Assembly: GCF_018350175.1 (NCBI RefSeq)
Contig: NC_058368.1
Coordinates: 16,370,001 to 16,434,000, forward strand
DNA: 64,000 nucleotides
Source: Felis catus
Lineage: Eukaryota
Direction of reading: 5' to 3'
Within the stretch, counting starts at the first letter, position 1; the number at the start of each line of letters is the position of its first letter. Shown here piece after piece: positions 52,856 through 64,000 of this stretch. A program made the translations under genes and the position numbers. The notes under the pieces were generated by a model. It had not been told where the DNA came from. It made no database searches and saw nothing but the letters and a program-made list of their open reading frames with translations.

Positions 52856-53506
52856 CGACCCAAAGCAGAGTGAATGGTGCTCTGAAACTGATTGTGGCAA
52901 CAAAACCCAAACCTGCCTCAGCTCCTGACTATAATGCCTCAAATTCCTGCCTTATGTTCCAGCAGAATAAAATGGCATGTGCATTTTCAGGCATCAGTGC
53001 TATGTACCTTTGTCTAGCCTCTACACAGGCAGAATAAATCCCCTCCCCAGATACACACATGCACACCTTATGCATCGTATTCAAACTGTTTTAAAAAAGA
53101 TAAAGAAAAAATATTGAAGGCATCAGGAGTGGGTGTGTGGTAGAAATAAAAGACTCATTGCATTCAAAGGAAGAAATAGAAAACTGACATCAAACTTGTT
53201 GTCTGACACCATGTAAGACAGAGTAACATTATTATAGTGCTGAAAGAATAAAAATTAAAAGTGTACCCAGAACGTTCCACATGGCACAAATAGTTCTAAT
53301 AAATGAAGGCAATTGAAAGACCTTTTTTCAGACAACCAAAAACTCAGACACATTATTGCCATGAGACCTATGCTATAAGAAATGCTGAAGGGATATATTT
53401 TAGGCAGAAGGTTTATGATACTGACCAAAAATTAAGTTTATAAAAAGAAATGAAAACATATATCCAGGAATGGTTAAAAAAATAAATATAAAAGATATTT
53501 TTTTCT

Positions 53507-53614
53507 GGGGCACCTGGGTGGCTCAGTTGGTTGAGCTTCTGACTCTTGGTTTCGGCTCAGGTCATAATCTCATGGTTTGTGAGTTTGAGCCTTGTGTCAG
53601 AGCCTGTTTGGGAT

Positions 53615-53657
<43 letters not shown>

Positions 53658-53700
53658 TTTTCTGCCCCCCTCCCCAATAAATAAATAAAGTTAAAAAAAT
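53507..53700 (+). mobile_element. CAN-SINE with internal deletion (antisense to TRPC4)
   Basis: ggggcacctgggtggctcagttggttgag head, (CT)n, AATAAA tail. Confidence 0.9.
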
Positions 53701-53949
53701 ATTTTTTCTTTTTGAATTGCTCTAACATATCATTGATGGCCTAAAGCAAAAACACTAGCAATGTTTTGTGGTTTATAACATATGTAAAAGTAAAATGTAT
53801 GATGACATTAGCACAGAGGATGAGAGAGAGGAATTAGAAATATACTATCATAAGGTTCTTACACTACATGTAAAACTAATATTATTTGAATATGATAAAT
53901 TAAAATTTTACATTGTAAATCCTAGGGCATTCTCTCAAAATATTTTTAC

Positions 53950-54074
53950 TTATTTATTAGAAAAAATTTTTAAAGATTTTTTTAAAGCAATCTTTACACC
54001 CAATGTGGGGCTCGAACTCAAAATCTTGAGATCAAGAGTCTCATGCTCCATTAACTGAGCCATCTAGGTACCCC
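53950..54074 (-). mobile_element. Short old tRNA-derived carnivore SINE lacking the CT linker
   Basis: gtggggctcgaactca..tgagatcaagagtc..actgagccatctaggtacccc. Confidence 0.75.
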
Positions 54075-56600
54075 AAAATATCTTTAAAGGTACAAATGAA
54101 AAGCCAGAAAGATAAATAAGCATAAAATTATTAAAAACACTCAATTTGACAACAGGCGAAAAAAAAAAATAGAGCCAATAAGAAAAAGTGGGGTAGATTT
54201 CAAATCCATCAATATTAATAATTACATTGAATAAAGCATATGGTCTAAACACACCAATGAGAAGACAGAGATTGTCATATATAAAAATGTGAAACACAGC
54301 TGTATTAAATTTATCAACAAGTTAAAAGCAAGAGAATAGTAAAGACACTATGAAATACTAATAAAAAGAAAACTAAGAAAAAGAAGCTCAGTTGGCTATA
54401 TTACTATGACTAAATATATTTCAGAAGAAAAAATGTTACCAGGTACTGAGAGGGCTATAACTAACATAAGGATGAAAAAGTCAACTCACTGAGAAGACAC
54501 AACGATACTAAATATGAATGCAGCTAATAGAATAACCTTATAATGCAAGATGCCATAATCAAAGTTGAAACAAAAAGGAGAGAAAGGTACAAATATAGTT
54601 AGATAGAGACCTTAGTATTCCCCTCTGTAGAACCAGTAGGCAGAAGTTTGGTAGGAATTCAGAAATTCTGAACAACACTGTCAACAACCTGACAGCAGCA
54701 ATACATGCTTTTTTCAAATGCATGTGTAGTGTTTACCAAGAGATACTATACCATGGACTATATTAACATATAGAAAAATATTTATACAAGTTAAAATCAT
54801 ACAAAAGGTGTTCTATGACAATATAATAGACAACAAATCAGTAATGAAATGTATTTGGAAAATCTCCAAATATTTTGCAATTGAACGACATACTTCTAAT
54901 AACCCTTGGTCACAAAGGAATTTGCAGAATAATTAGAAAACATTTTGAAATGATTGAAAATAAAAATACATCCAAAAAGGTCTGTGATGCAGCTTATAAA
55001 GCATATAGAGTGGAATTTATAGGTTTAAAGCTTTAAACCTATAAAGAATAAAGGTCTCAGTGATTTCGGCTTTCATTATGACACTATGAAAAGAAAAGCA
55101 AATTAAGCCCAAAAGAAGCAGAAGAAAATAAACAAGATAAGAGCAGAAGTCAAATTTTAAAACATAAAACTTGAGAAAAATCCATGAAGATGGAAGATAG
55201 TTCTCTGAAATGGTCAGCACAATTGATAAAACTCTAGCCAAAATGGTCAAGAAAAAAAAATGGAGAAGATATAAATGATCAATGTCAGAAATAGAAAAAG
55301 TGGCATCACTACAGATCTTATGACATTGTAAGGATAACAAGTGAATAAAAGGAACAACTTGATGCCCATAAATGTCACAAAATAAAATTAATTGAATATT
55401 TTTCCTGAAAGACACAAACTTCTAGTCACACTCAAGAGCACAGAGAGTAAAACAAAAACAAAAACAAAAACAAAAAATTAGTACACAGAGTAACCTGAAT
55501 TGTCCTATTCCTATTAAAGTATCATGAATTCATAGTTAAAAACCTTCCAACAAAGAAAAATTCAGGTCCAGTTTCTTTATGGTGAATTCTACCATACTTA
55601 AGGAAGAAATAATAAGAATGCTAAAAACACAGGTAACAAACACTTAAAATAGAAAAGGAAGAAACCTTTAAGAGATTAGTATTACTCTGATAAAAAAAAG
55701 TCTGGCAAAAAGAACAACTACACACTAATAACCTTTATGAATATGCACAAATATCCTCAACAAATATTAGTAAATTAAATGGAGTAATATATGCAATTGA
55801 TAATAAATCATGCTGTTTTTCCAAGAATGCAAGACTGTTTCAACATCTAAGGACCAATCAGTGTTATTTATGCCGTCAACAGATTATTGGGGAAAAAAGA
55901 TCTCATTAGATGCAGTAAATGCATTTGACAAAATTCAACATCCATTCAGGATAAAAGCTTTCAGCAAAGTATGAATAGAAGGGTAATTTCTTGATTTGAT
56001 AAAGGACATCTACAGAAGTATACAACTACAGTCATGATTATGTGTAGAGGGCCAGAGAATAAATAAGTTAGACTTTGCAGTAAATGAGTGGGTGTGTGTG
56101 ACTGTGTAGTGTCAAAGGGTCATATTTATCCTGCTGGGCCATAGTTTGCCCACCCTTATCCAGTATCTTGACTGTGGTGGTCTTATGTGATTGTGTGCTT
56201 TATATCTCTGTGCCCTGAAAAACAACAACAACAACAAAATACACTACAACTAAAAAGCAACAAAAATGATGAGAGATTGATGTTGACAATTGGAAATAGG
56301 GATAGATTAAAATTAAATAAATATAATAAATACATACTATATAGTACATAGTGATTATAAATAAACATAATAAAATAACTTTGATATATTGCTGATAGGT
56401 ATGTTTGCAAAGTCTTATAATAAAACTGTGGAAGAAATAAAAGTGAATTAGACATAATGGTCTATCATCACTTAGTGAAAACTAGCAATGGCTATTTAAC
56501 ATTATTTTTAAAATTTTATTTAAAATTTTAAGGCACATTTAAATTAATAACCCAAGAAAGGACTAATTTCAGTCAAATTGATTATAGTGTGCATTTTAAA

Positions 56601-56802
56601 AGGTTTTACTAAAATTCAGCTAGTTAACATACAGCATAATATTAGTTTCAGGTGTACAATATAGTGATTCAACACTTACATACATCACCTGGTGCTCATC
56701 ATAACAAGTGCACTCCTTAGTTCCCATCACCCATTTCACCCATCCTCCTACCCACCTCCCCTCTGATAACCATCAGTTTGTTCCCTGTGGTTAAGAGTCT
56801 GT
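56601..56802 (-). mobile_element. Short carnivore L1 3' UTR fragment
   Basis: attagtttcaggtgtacaatatagtgattcaacactt..cccacctcccctctgataaccatcagtttgttc. Confidence 0.8.
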
Positions 56803-56833
56803 TCTAACTATAGACCCTTAACTGTAATGTGCA

Positions 56834-57049
56834 TTTTGTTTATTTGTTTATTTATTTATTTAAGAGAGGGTGCAAGTGAGCAAGGGGCAGAGAAAGAGAG
56901 AGAGAGAGAAAGAGAGAATGAATCCCAGGAGGAGCAGAGAGATTGGGAGAGAGAAGTGGGGCTCACCAGATGCTGGGCTCATGAGCTCACCCTACGCTCA
57001 TGACCTGAGCTGAAGTCAGATGCTTAAAGACCGAGCCACCCAGGCGCCC
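56834..57049 (-). mobile_element. CAN-SINE
   Basis: tgacctgagctgaagtcagatgctt..gagccacccaggcgccc, (GA)n, T-rich tail. Confidence 0.88.
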
Positions 57050-57221
57050 TATAGTGTGCATTTTAAAGCCCTCTGTAGACCACTGCTTTATTCTAGATTT
57101 TACATCCTATATTACTCTTTGAGGTCTCTTTCAGATAAAATCTCTCTTGAGAGTTCAGATAAGATTGGGGCATAACTGCAGAGATGGTAATGTTCGCTGC
57201 CTCCACATTGAAGAAAGAAAC

Positions 57222-58546
57222 ATGCAGAAGGTTGAAACTAGACCACTTTCTCACACCATTCACAAAAATAAACTCCAAATGGATAAAGGACCTAAATGTG
57301 AGACAGGAAACCATCAAAACCTTAGAGGAGAAAGCAGGAAAAGACCTCTCTGACCTCAGCCATAGCAATCTCTTACTCGACACATCCCCAAAGGCAAGGG
57401 AATTAAAAGCAAAAGTGAATTACTGGGACCTTATGAAGATAAAAAGCTTCTGCACAGCAAAGGAAACAACCAACAAAACTAAAAGGCAACCAACGGAATG
57501 GGAAAAGATATTCGCAAAGGACATATCGGACAAAGGGCTAGTATCCAAAATCTATAAAGAGCTCACCAAACTCCACACCCGAAAAACAAATAACCCAGTG
57601 AAGAAATGGGCAGAAAACATGAATAGACACTTCTCTAAAGAAGACATCCGGATGGCCAACAGGCACATGAAAAGATGTTCAGCGTCGCTCCTTATCAGGG
57701 AAATACAAATCAAAACCACACTCAGGTATCACCTCACGCCAGTCAGAGTGGCCAAAATGAACAAATCAGGAGACTCTAGATGCTGGAGAGGATGTGGAGA
57801 AACGGGAACCCTCTTGCACTGTTGGTGGGAATGCAAATTGGTGCAGCCGCTCTGGAAAGCAGTGTGGAGGTTCCTCAGAAAATTAAAAATAGACCTACCC
57901 TATGACCCAGCAATAGCACTGCTAGGAATTTATCCAAGGGATACAGGAGTACTGATGCATAGGGGCACTTGTACCCCAATGTTCATAGCAGCACTCTCAA
58001 CAATAGCCAAATTATGGAAAGAGCCGAAATGTCCATCAACTGATGAATGGATAAAGAAATTGTGGTTTATATACACAATGGAATATTACGTGGCAATGAG
58101 AAAAAATGAAATATGGCCTTTTGTAGCAACGTGGATGGAACTGGAGAGTGTGATGCTAAGTGAAATAAGCCATACAGAGAAAGACAGATACCATATGGTT
58201 TCACTCTTATGTGAACCCTGAGAAATTAACAGGAACCCATGGGGGAGGGGAAGGAAAAAAAAAACAGGTTAGAGTGGGAGAGAGCCAAAGCATAAGAGAC
58301 TCTTAAAAACTGAGAACAAACTGAGGGTTGATGAGGGGTGGGAGGGAGGAGAGGGTGGGTGATGGGTATTGAGGAGGGCACCTTTTGGGATGAGCACTGG
58401 ATGTTGTATGGAAACTAATTTGTCAATAAATTTCATAAAAAAAAAAAGACATACTTCTTACAGCATAAATCCCCTAAAAAAAAAAAAAAAAAGACATACT
58501 TCTTACAGCATAAATCCCGTAAAAAAAAAAAAAAAAAAAAAAAAAA
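57222..58546 (+). mobile_element. Young 5'-truncated felid L1 (L1_Fc-like) with uninterrupted ORF2 C-terminal frame and compound tail
   Basis: ORF 57184-58221 open for 345 codons including [18 protein letters not shown]; short TSD aaagaaac at 57214-57221 and 58544-58551. Confidence 0.96.
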
Positions 58547-61500
58547 GAAACGCATCAGACCTGAGTAAGATACGATGCACGCTCTGATGTTTGTAGCGAA
58601 CTTACAATTTATATCATCCAAGGAGGAAAAATGCTAGGTACACTGGAAACAACCCTCCTCCCCCGCAACCTCCCCAGTCCACATCTATGATGCTTTCTCC
58701 TACTGAGCCTGGGGACAGTCTCAGAATCAATCACAACTTACATAAGAAAGGTAAGACCAAAACAAGCGACCTAACTAGTGCTTCACTACCAGTTAATAAA
58801 GAAAACAGAACTCAATCTCCTTAGTACTCTTAGACGTTTTCTTATTTTTGAAAGTTCAAAATGTGGTTGTTATGTTTTATTTGCAACTCTACCAATATCC
58901 AGAGATGAGAATATGTGTGCACTGCAGTTATTAATTGAACAAATGCATTTCAAGTTAACTTTAATCAGAAGGCACAGAGATAACACTTCGACTCTACCAG
59001 GTGAGTGAAGTGCCAAGCTCAGTCCAACTGGTAATCAGCTTTGTAATCTGAGATAACAGTCTCATCTCTCTAGATGGTTGTCACCTCATTTCAAAAAAAG
59101 AGAGGTTTGGATTATACGCAATCATACGAGAAGTATAATTCTACTTCTGTGGTATAAATAGCCAGACATTACTTTTTCCTGTCTGGATCATTAAATTTTA
59201 CTAAAATCAGTCATCACAATAGCTGCCATGAAGATTAAAAACTGTCTTGTACCAGAGGACACAGACTTGCTTTGGTCTTCCCCGAAATGCACAAACTAAA
59301 TCTTTGATATGAAAATTATAGAAACTTTCTTGCCCAATGTAAGGGAGAATTCTCCAGAAATCAGAGTTGCTCCAAAACTGGAATGGATTACCCTGTGCAT
59401 TGAAGATTCCAATCCAGGGCCTGGAATGTCTTCCATCACTCAGGCTCCAGAGAAATTCTAGAAGTAACTACAAACCTGTTCTATCTGATCTCTAAAGGGC
59501 ATTCCAATTCTATGAGTTCGTGAAATCTGTTGTTTTCAAATTTGTATATATTATAAAATCAAATTATTTTTCAAGTTTGTACCTATTATAAAATGAAATG
59601 TATTTTAAATACCTGCTAGCCATCCAGTGTGTTTATATCTTATTTCCCTTTATTGATAAATTGATAGCTCTCTTCTTGCTTCTACCAAACTGAAAAGCCA
59701 AATATGATTATTAACAGCCACCGAAACAGCTAACTGCAAGTATTTTGTGGGTAATTATGTAGGGGAATAAAAACACTAGGGTTAATGGCTTCAGAGGAAA
59801 ATGGGGAAGTAGTTATAAAGAATTAGTTATGAGCTCAGTACAAAGCAACATTTTAACTTAGAGCTTCTTAGTACCTCAGCAGACTCTGTCACATTAGATG
59901 GGTTCAAGGAGATGGCACTTTCATTGGAAGCTTGGACTAGGTGACCTCTAAGGGTTTTTAAGAAGGGTGACAGCAAACACAATTTGGAGATATTATAGTT
60001 CCTTTGGAGTTCAAAGAGTATACATTTAATCTGACTTTTTGGATCACACACACAAAAAAATTCTATCACTTTTAGCCTTTGCAAATCACAGCTGTGTGGA
60101 GAAAGCAGAGATCCTGATGAAATTGAGGGCTCACACCATCATTTTTTAACCTGAGCTGTGAATACAACTGTCAGTCAGTGCTTGTTGGCTAATGGATTTT
60201 GGGAGCTTGTGTTTTTAGAGCACCAGAATGGAGTATCACTTCATATAGCTCTAGTCACCACATACCTGTTTGATAACTATATGTTTCTATTTCTTATGAG
60301 CACCATGGTGAAAATACAAGTTTCCTCTGTTCTGGCAATGGTTCACTGAAATTTTTGAAGAAAGCAGCCTTTAGAGAAGCTAGAGGGTGCTATTAACTGG
60401 CTGATATATGCATCCAGACAAACTATTCGTGGTAACTAGTCCGAAGAGAACAAAGCTTCAGGAAGCTTCCATCACAAAATGTTTGTCCTGTTCCCACAAT
60501 GGGAACATTTCAAAATTTCTCTCTGCTGTTTATAAACAGATGACGTGATTTCTCAGAGTCACGGTGGAGGTCTAATTACAAGCATGTATGTCAAGACTGT
60601 GGGGACCAGTAGAGGAAAGATCATAGTGCAAATGAGTCAGAGAACTTCCTTTGAAAGATATTTATGGATGCCTGGAAGTTTTTCCTATTTTTTTTCTACC
60701 TTTCCCATAACAGTTTTCATCAGGGGCTACTCGAGTGTTCAATTATATCTTATCGTGTGAAGCCAGCTGTGGGGATGAGATGAGGTCGGGAGACCTCAGA
60801 CGCCACATTTAATGGCCCTGATTTCAGGTGAGAAATATGTAATTCTGTGAACAGACCTCTCGTCTCACCTTCTCTTGCTGTCAGTATTTACACAAAGATT
60901 AAATAACCTCAAACAAAGAGCGGGTCGCCTTTTCACCTATGGCCACCTCAAAGGGCTTGTTATGGAAACCCAGGAGCTAGTTGAGGGATCTGACCTTGCA
61001 AGTCTCTTAATAGAACACTGCGTTCTACACTGTGGCACCAAATCAATGTAGATAAAAAGAACAAAAAGAATTCCTCCCTGCTGTATTTTCCCCCAAATCA
61101 GGGAGCAAAAAAGTAGTCTCCAGTCAAAATTTTGCTTTTGCTTGGAGAAATCTAAATGTAGTTATTTTGCTCCATAGAGGATCACGTTATGCTGGACCCA
61201 AAAAAGGCACTCAGTTAGGAGGCAGCTTCTATTGTCTCAGTGTTACACTTAAAACCCAAACAAAGATAAAGACAAGAGTCCCAACGATTCACTTTCTGAA
61301 GAGAGTTTACAGAAAATTGTAGCCACCCCCGCCCTTCTAGGGCTTACTAAGAGGTAGAAGGACCATATCTGTTACCAACCACTTGGGCCTCTACCCCCAT
61401 GGTCTATACAGAGGGAACATTAGGAACAGGTGGTGAGAAAGCCATGAAGTCAGGGTAATAGAGTTTTTGTGCTAATTAGGAATACCAGAGAGAGAGATGA

Positions 61501-62498
61501 AGGTGATTGCTTACCAGCAGTACCACCTCCCTAAGTCAAGTGAGGGAGATACTGAGGAAATCCCTCGTAAATATGGGGGATTTCTACAACAAGGAAAAAC
61601 TGGCATCTCAATCTCTCCTGGAGTGTCTACTCAGGCAATGGACTTGCTCATCTCTCCCTGGGTCTGGATCACCAGGGGAAATAAGAAACCAGTGTGTTTT
61701 GGCAGTCCGCAACTGGCCGCAGCCTGACCTCCTGTCATTAGCTGTGGCAACGTTTTGGGATGCCCTTGGGGATTGAGTGCTTACCACAGGAAGAAGCTGG
61801 GCTTTAGCAATCTTGCCCTCCTGTCCTTGCCAGGGTCCTAGGACCCCAGAAGGAGTCAACTACAGGTTACAAGGAGTTGAGGGACTGGAAGATATCAGGC
61901 AGAGTTGAATTGGGGATCCAGAGGACGATGCAGCGTGGAGGCACCCAAGGCCTTCTATGGAACACACATGCACACATCAGGAGAGCCATCGGTCAAGGAC
62001 TGTCATATAGGCTACACAGTATTAGCCAGCGATGCATAAAACCAATAGGAAAGAACTGTGACGAGGGGCCCAGTGAGGTAATGAAGACTTGTAACTTTTC
62101 CTGTCATCCCGCTTCCCTACAGCCACCAAGGAGGAGAACATAAACAGTTTATGCCCTTCTTTCCATTGCAGTGCTGGGGTTGAAGGATGAGCAAAAGATG
62201 GACAATTCCAGGTCCTCTGAGCGCTGGGTAAGGCCTTTGTCAGGAAGAGGAAAGCTTAAAATAACTCAAGGTTTCAGGAACTTGATATCTACTAGACATA
62301 TCATTAAGGTACAGGAAAAGATATTTGGTATAGGGCAGTTGGGCAGAGTGATCAGAAAAAGTAAAAAACATTTCATGTTTAGATTCTAGGGAGTTGAGAC
62401 TCCTTAATTAAGCTTTTACATGAATACAGAATTTGTATGAAATTGTGCTTCCAGAATTGTTTCTCAATCTTTAATGTTTAAAGACCTCTGGAATTTCT

Positions 62499-62731
62499 CT
62501 TTTTTTAATTTTTGAAAATTTTTAATGTTTATTATTTATTTTTGAGGGAGAGAGGGAGACAGAGTGTGACCAGGGAGGGGCAGAAAGAGAGGGAGACACA
62601 GAATCTGAAGCAGGCTCCAGGCTCTGAGTTATCAGCACAGAGTCTGATCCTGGGGCTCAAACTCATGAACCGTGAGATAATGACCTAAGCCAAAGTTGGA
62701 CGCTTAACCAGCAGAGCTACCCAGGCACCCC
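62499..62731 (-). mobile_element. CAN-SINE
   Basis: Perfect 18-bp TSD aagacctctggaatttct at 62481-62498 and 62732-62749. Confidence 0.95.
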
Positions 62732-62865
62732 AAGACCTCTGGAATTTCTGAATTAATGAACAAAGGGGAGAATTAAAAATGTAAGTTTTTTGTAGAAATT
62801 CACAATTGTTATGACTTTAGTCAGTTGGCCATGCTTCAAGAAACACTGACTTAAAGGGGCAGTAA

Positions 62866-63893
62866 AACATGCAAAAGAATGAACCTGGACTACTTTCTTT
62901 CACCATACATAAAAATGAACTCAAAATGGATTAAGGACCTAAATGTGAGACCTAAAACCATAAAAATCCTAGAAAAGAGCACACGTAGTAATTTATCTGA
63001 CATTGGCCATAACATTTTCCTAGAGATGTCTCCTGAGGCAAGGGAAACAAAAGCAAAAATAAACTATTGAGACTACATCCAAATAAAAAGCTTCTGCACA
63101 GCAGAGGAAACAACAAAACTAAAAACAAACTACTGAATGAGAGAAGATATTTTCAAGTGACATATCTGATAAAGGGTTAGCATCAAAAATAAAGAATTTA
63201 TATAGTCCAACACCCCAAAAAACAAATAATCCAGTTAAAAAATGGGCAGAAGACATGAACAGATGTTTCTCCAAAGAAAACATCCAGATGGCCAACAGAC
63301 ATGAGATGTTCAACATCACTCATCATCAGGGAAATTCAAATTGAAACCACAATGAGATTATCACCTCACACCAGTCAGAATGGCTAAAATAAAAAACAAA
63401 CAAACAAAAGCAAAACAAAGATAAGAAATAATAGGCGTTGGCAAAAACGTGGAGAGAAGGAACCCTTGTGCACTCTTGGTGGGAATGCAAACTGGTGCAG
63501 CCACTGTGGAAAATAGTATGGAGGTTCCTTAAAAAATTAAACATAGAATTACCATATGATCTAGTAATTCCCTTACTGGGTACCCAAAGCGTATGAAAAC
63601 ACTAATTTGAAAGGATATATGCATCTCCTATGTTTATTGAAGCACTATTTACAGTAGCCAAGTTATGGAAGCAGCCCATGTCCATTGATAGATGAATGGA
63701 TAAAGAAGATGTGGGGTGTGTGTGTGTGTGTGCTGTAATATTACCCATAAAAAAGAATGAAATCTTGACATTTACACAACATGGATGGATTTAGGGGGTA
63801 TAATACTAAGTGAAAAATTCAGTCAGAGAAAGACAAATACCTTCGGGTCTCACTCATATGTGGAATTTAAGAAACAAAACAAATGAGCAAAGG
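62866..63893 (+). mobile_element. Older carnivore L1 ORF2 3' fragment lacking most of 3' UTR and poly(A)
   Basis: [31 protein letters not shown].. with multiple frameshifts. Confidence 0.88.
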
Positions 63894-64000
63894 AGTCCTG
63901 AATTCTTGGGCTGCTTTTGCCTCCTTGAATTCTATTCCTCACATTTTGAGGGCAGTATTCACGGTGGATAAAAGTTGTAGTTCTGGAATTACACCAACTG

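Larger units (their letters stand above)
53040..56040 (+). mobile_element. Ancient L1 body (ORF1 end, ORF2 endonuclease to RT), heavily degraded
   Basis: ORF2 start-like ataattacattgaat..ggtctaaacacaccaat..agacagagattg at about 54220 and RT motif (SIDAEKAFDKIQHPF-like) at about 55902-55947. Confidence 0.8.

Noticed and set aside
54887..54897. Local source for the L1 tail unit (gacatacttct)
   Set aside because: Only an 11-nt match inside an old L1; the sequences diverge immediately after
57184..58221. 345-aa ORF as a host gene
   Set aside because: It is the L1 ORF2 C-terminus; the ATG and first dozen codons come from flanking DNA and the EN/RT domains are missing
58547..58601. Hammerhead ribozyme or C/D snoRNA in the hairpin flank
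   Set aside because: No CUGANGA core in the right order with GAAA on either strand and no proper RUGAUGA C box

Overview
Mammalian genomic DNA from a cat-family (Felidae) genome, inferred from felid-type CAN-SINEs and L1s. The window holds the 3' half of TRPC4 (TRP canonical channel 4) on the minus strand. Seven coding exons (equivalent to human exons 5-11: 50540-50679, 40799-41112, 32718-32913, 29231-29425, 15277-15318, 15060-15149, 12167-12889) splice in frame with canonical GT-AG ends. They encode S2-S6, the LFW pore helix, TRP box, CIRB/coiled-coil region and the C-terminal VTTRL PDZ motif. The rest is intron, 3' UTR and downstream sequence with about 24 SINEs, young and old L1s, MaLR LTRs, hAT MITEs and simple repeats. 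I see no evidence of a wholly new biological system. The most notable observation is that the internal splice donor producing the short TRPC4-beta isoform in human and mouse reads AAG|GCAGTA here instead of a GT donor, while its acceptor is intact. Also notable: the conserved +VRTQH alternative donor, a young L1 with a duplicated non-L1 tail, a reused retrotransposon target site, a 193-nt polypyrimidine tract grown from a SINE tail, a CTCF-like motif just after exon 10, and candidate alternative polyadenylation sites. Repeat subfamily names and human/mouse comparisons come from recall and need database confirmation.
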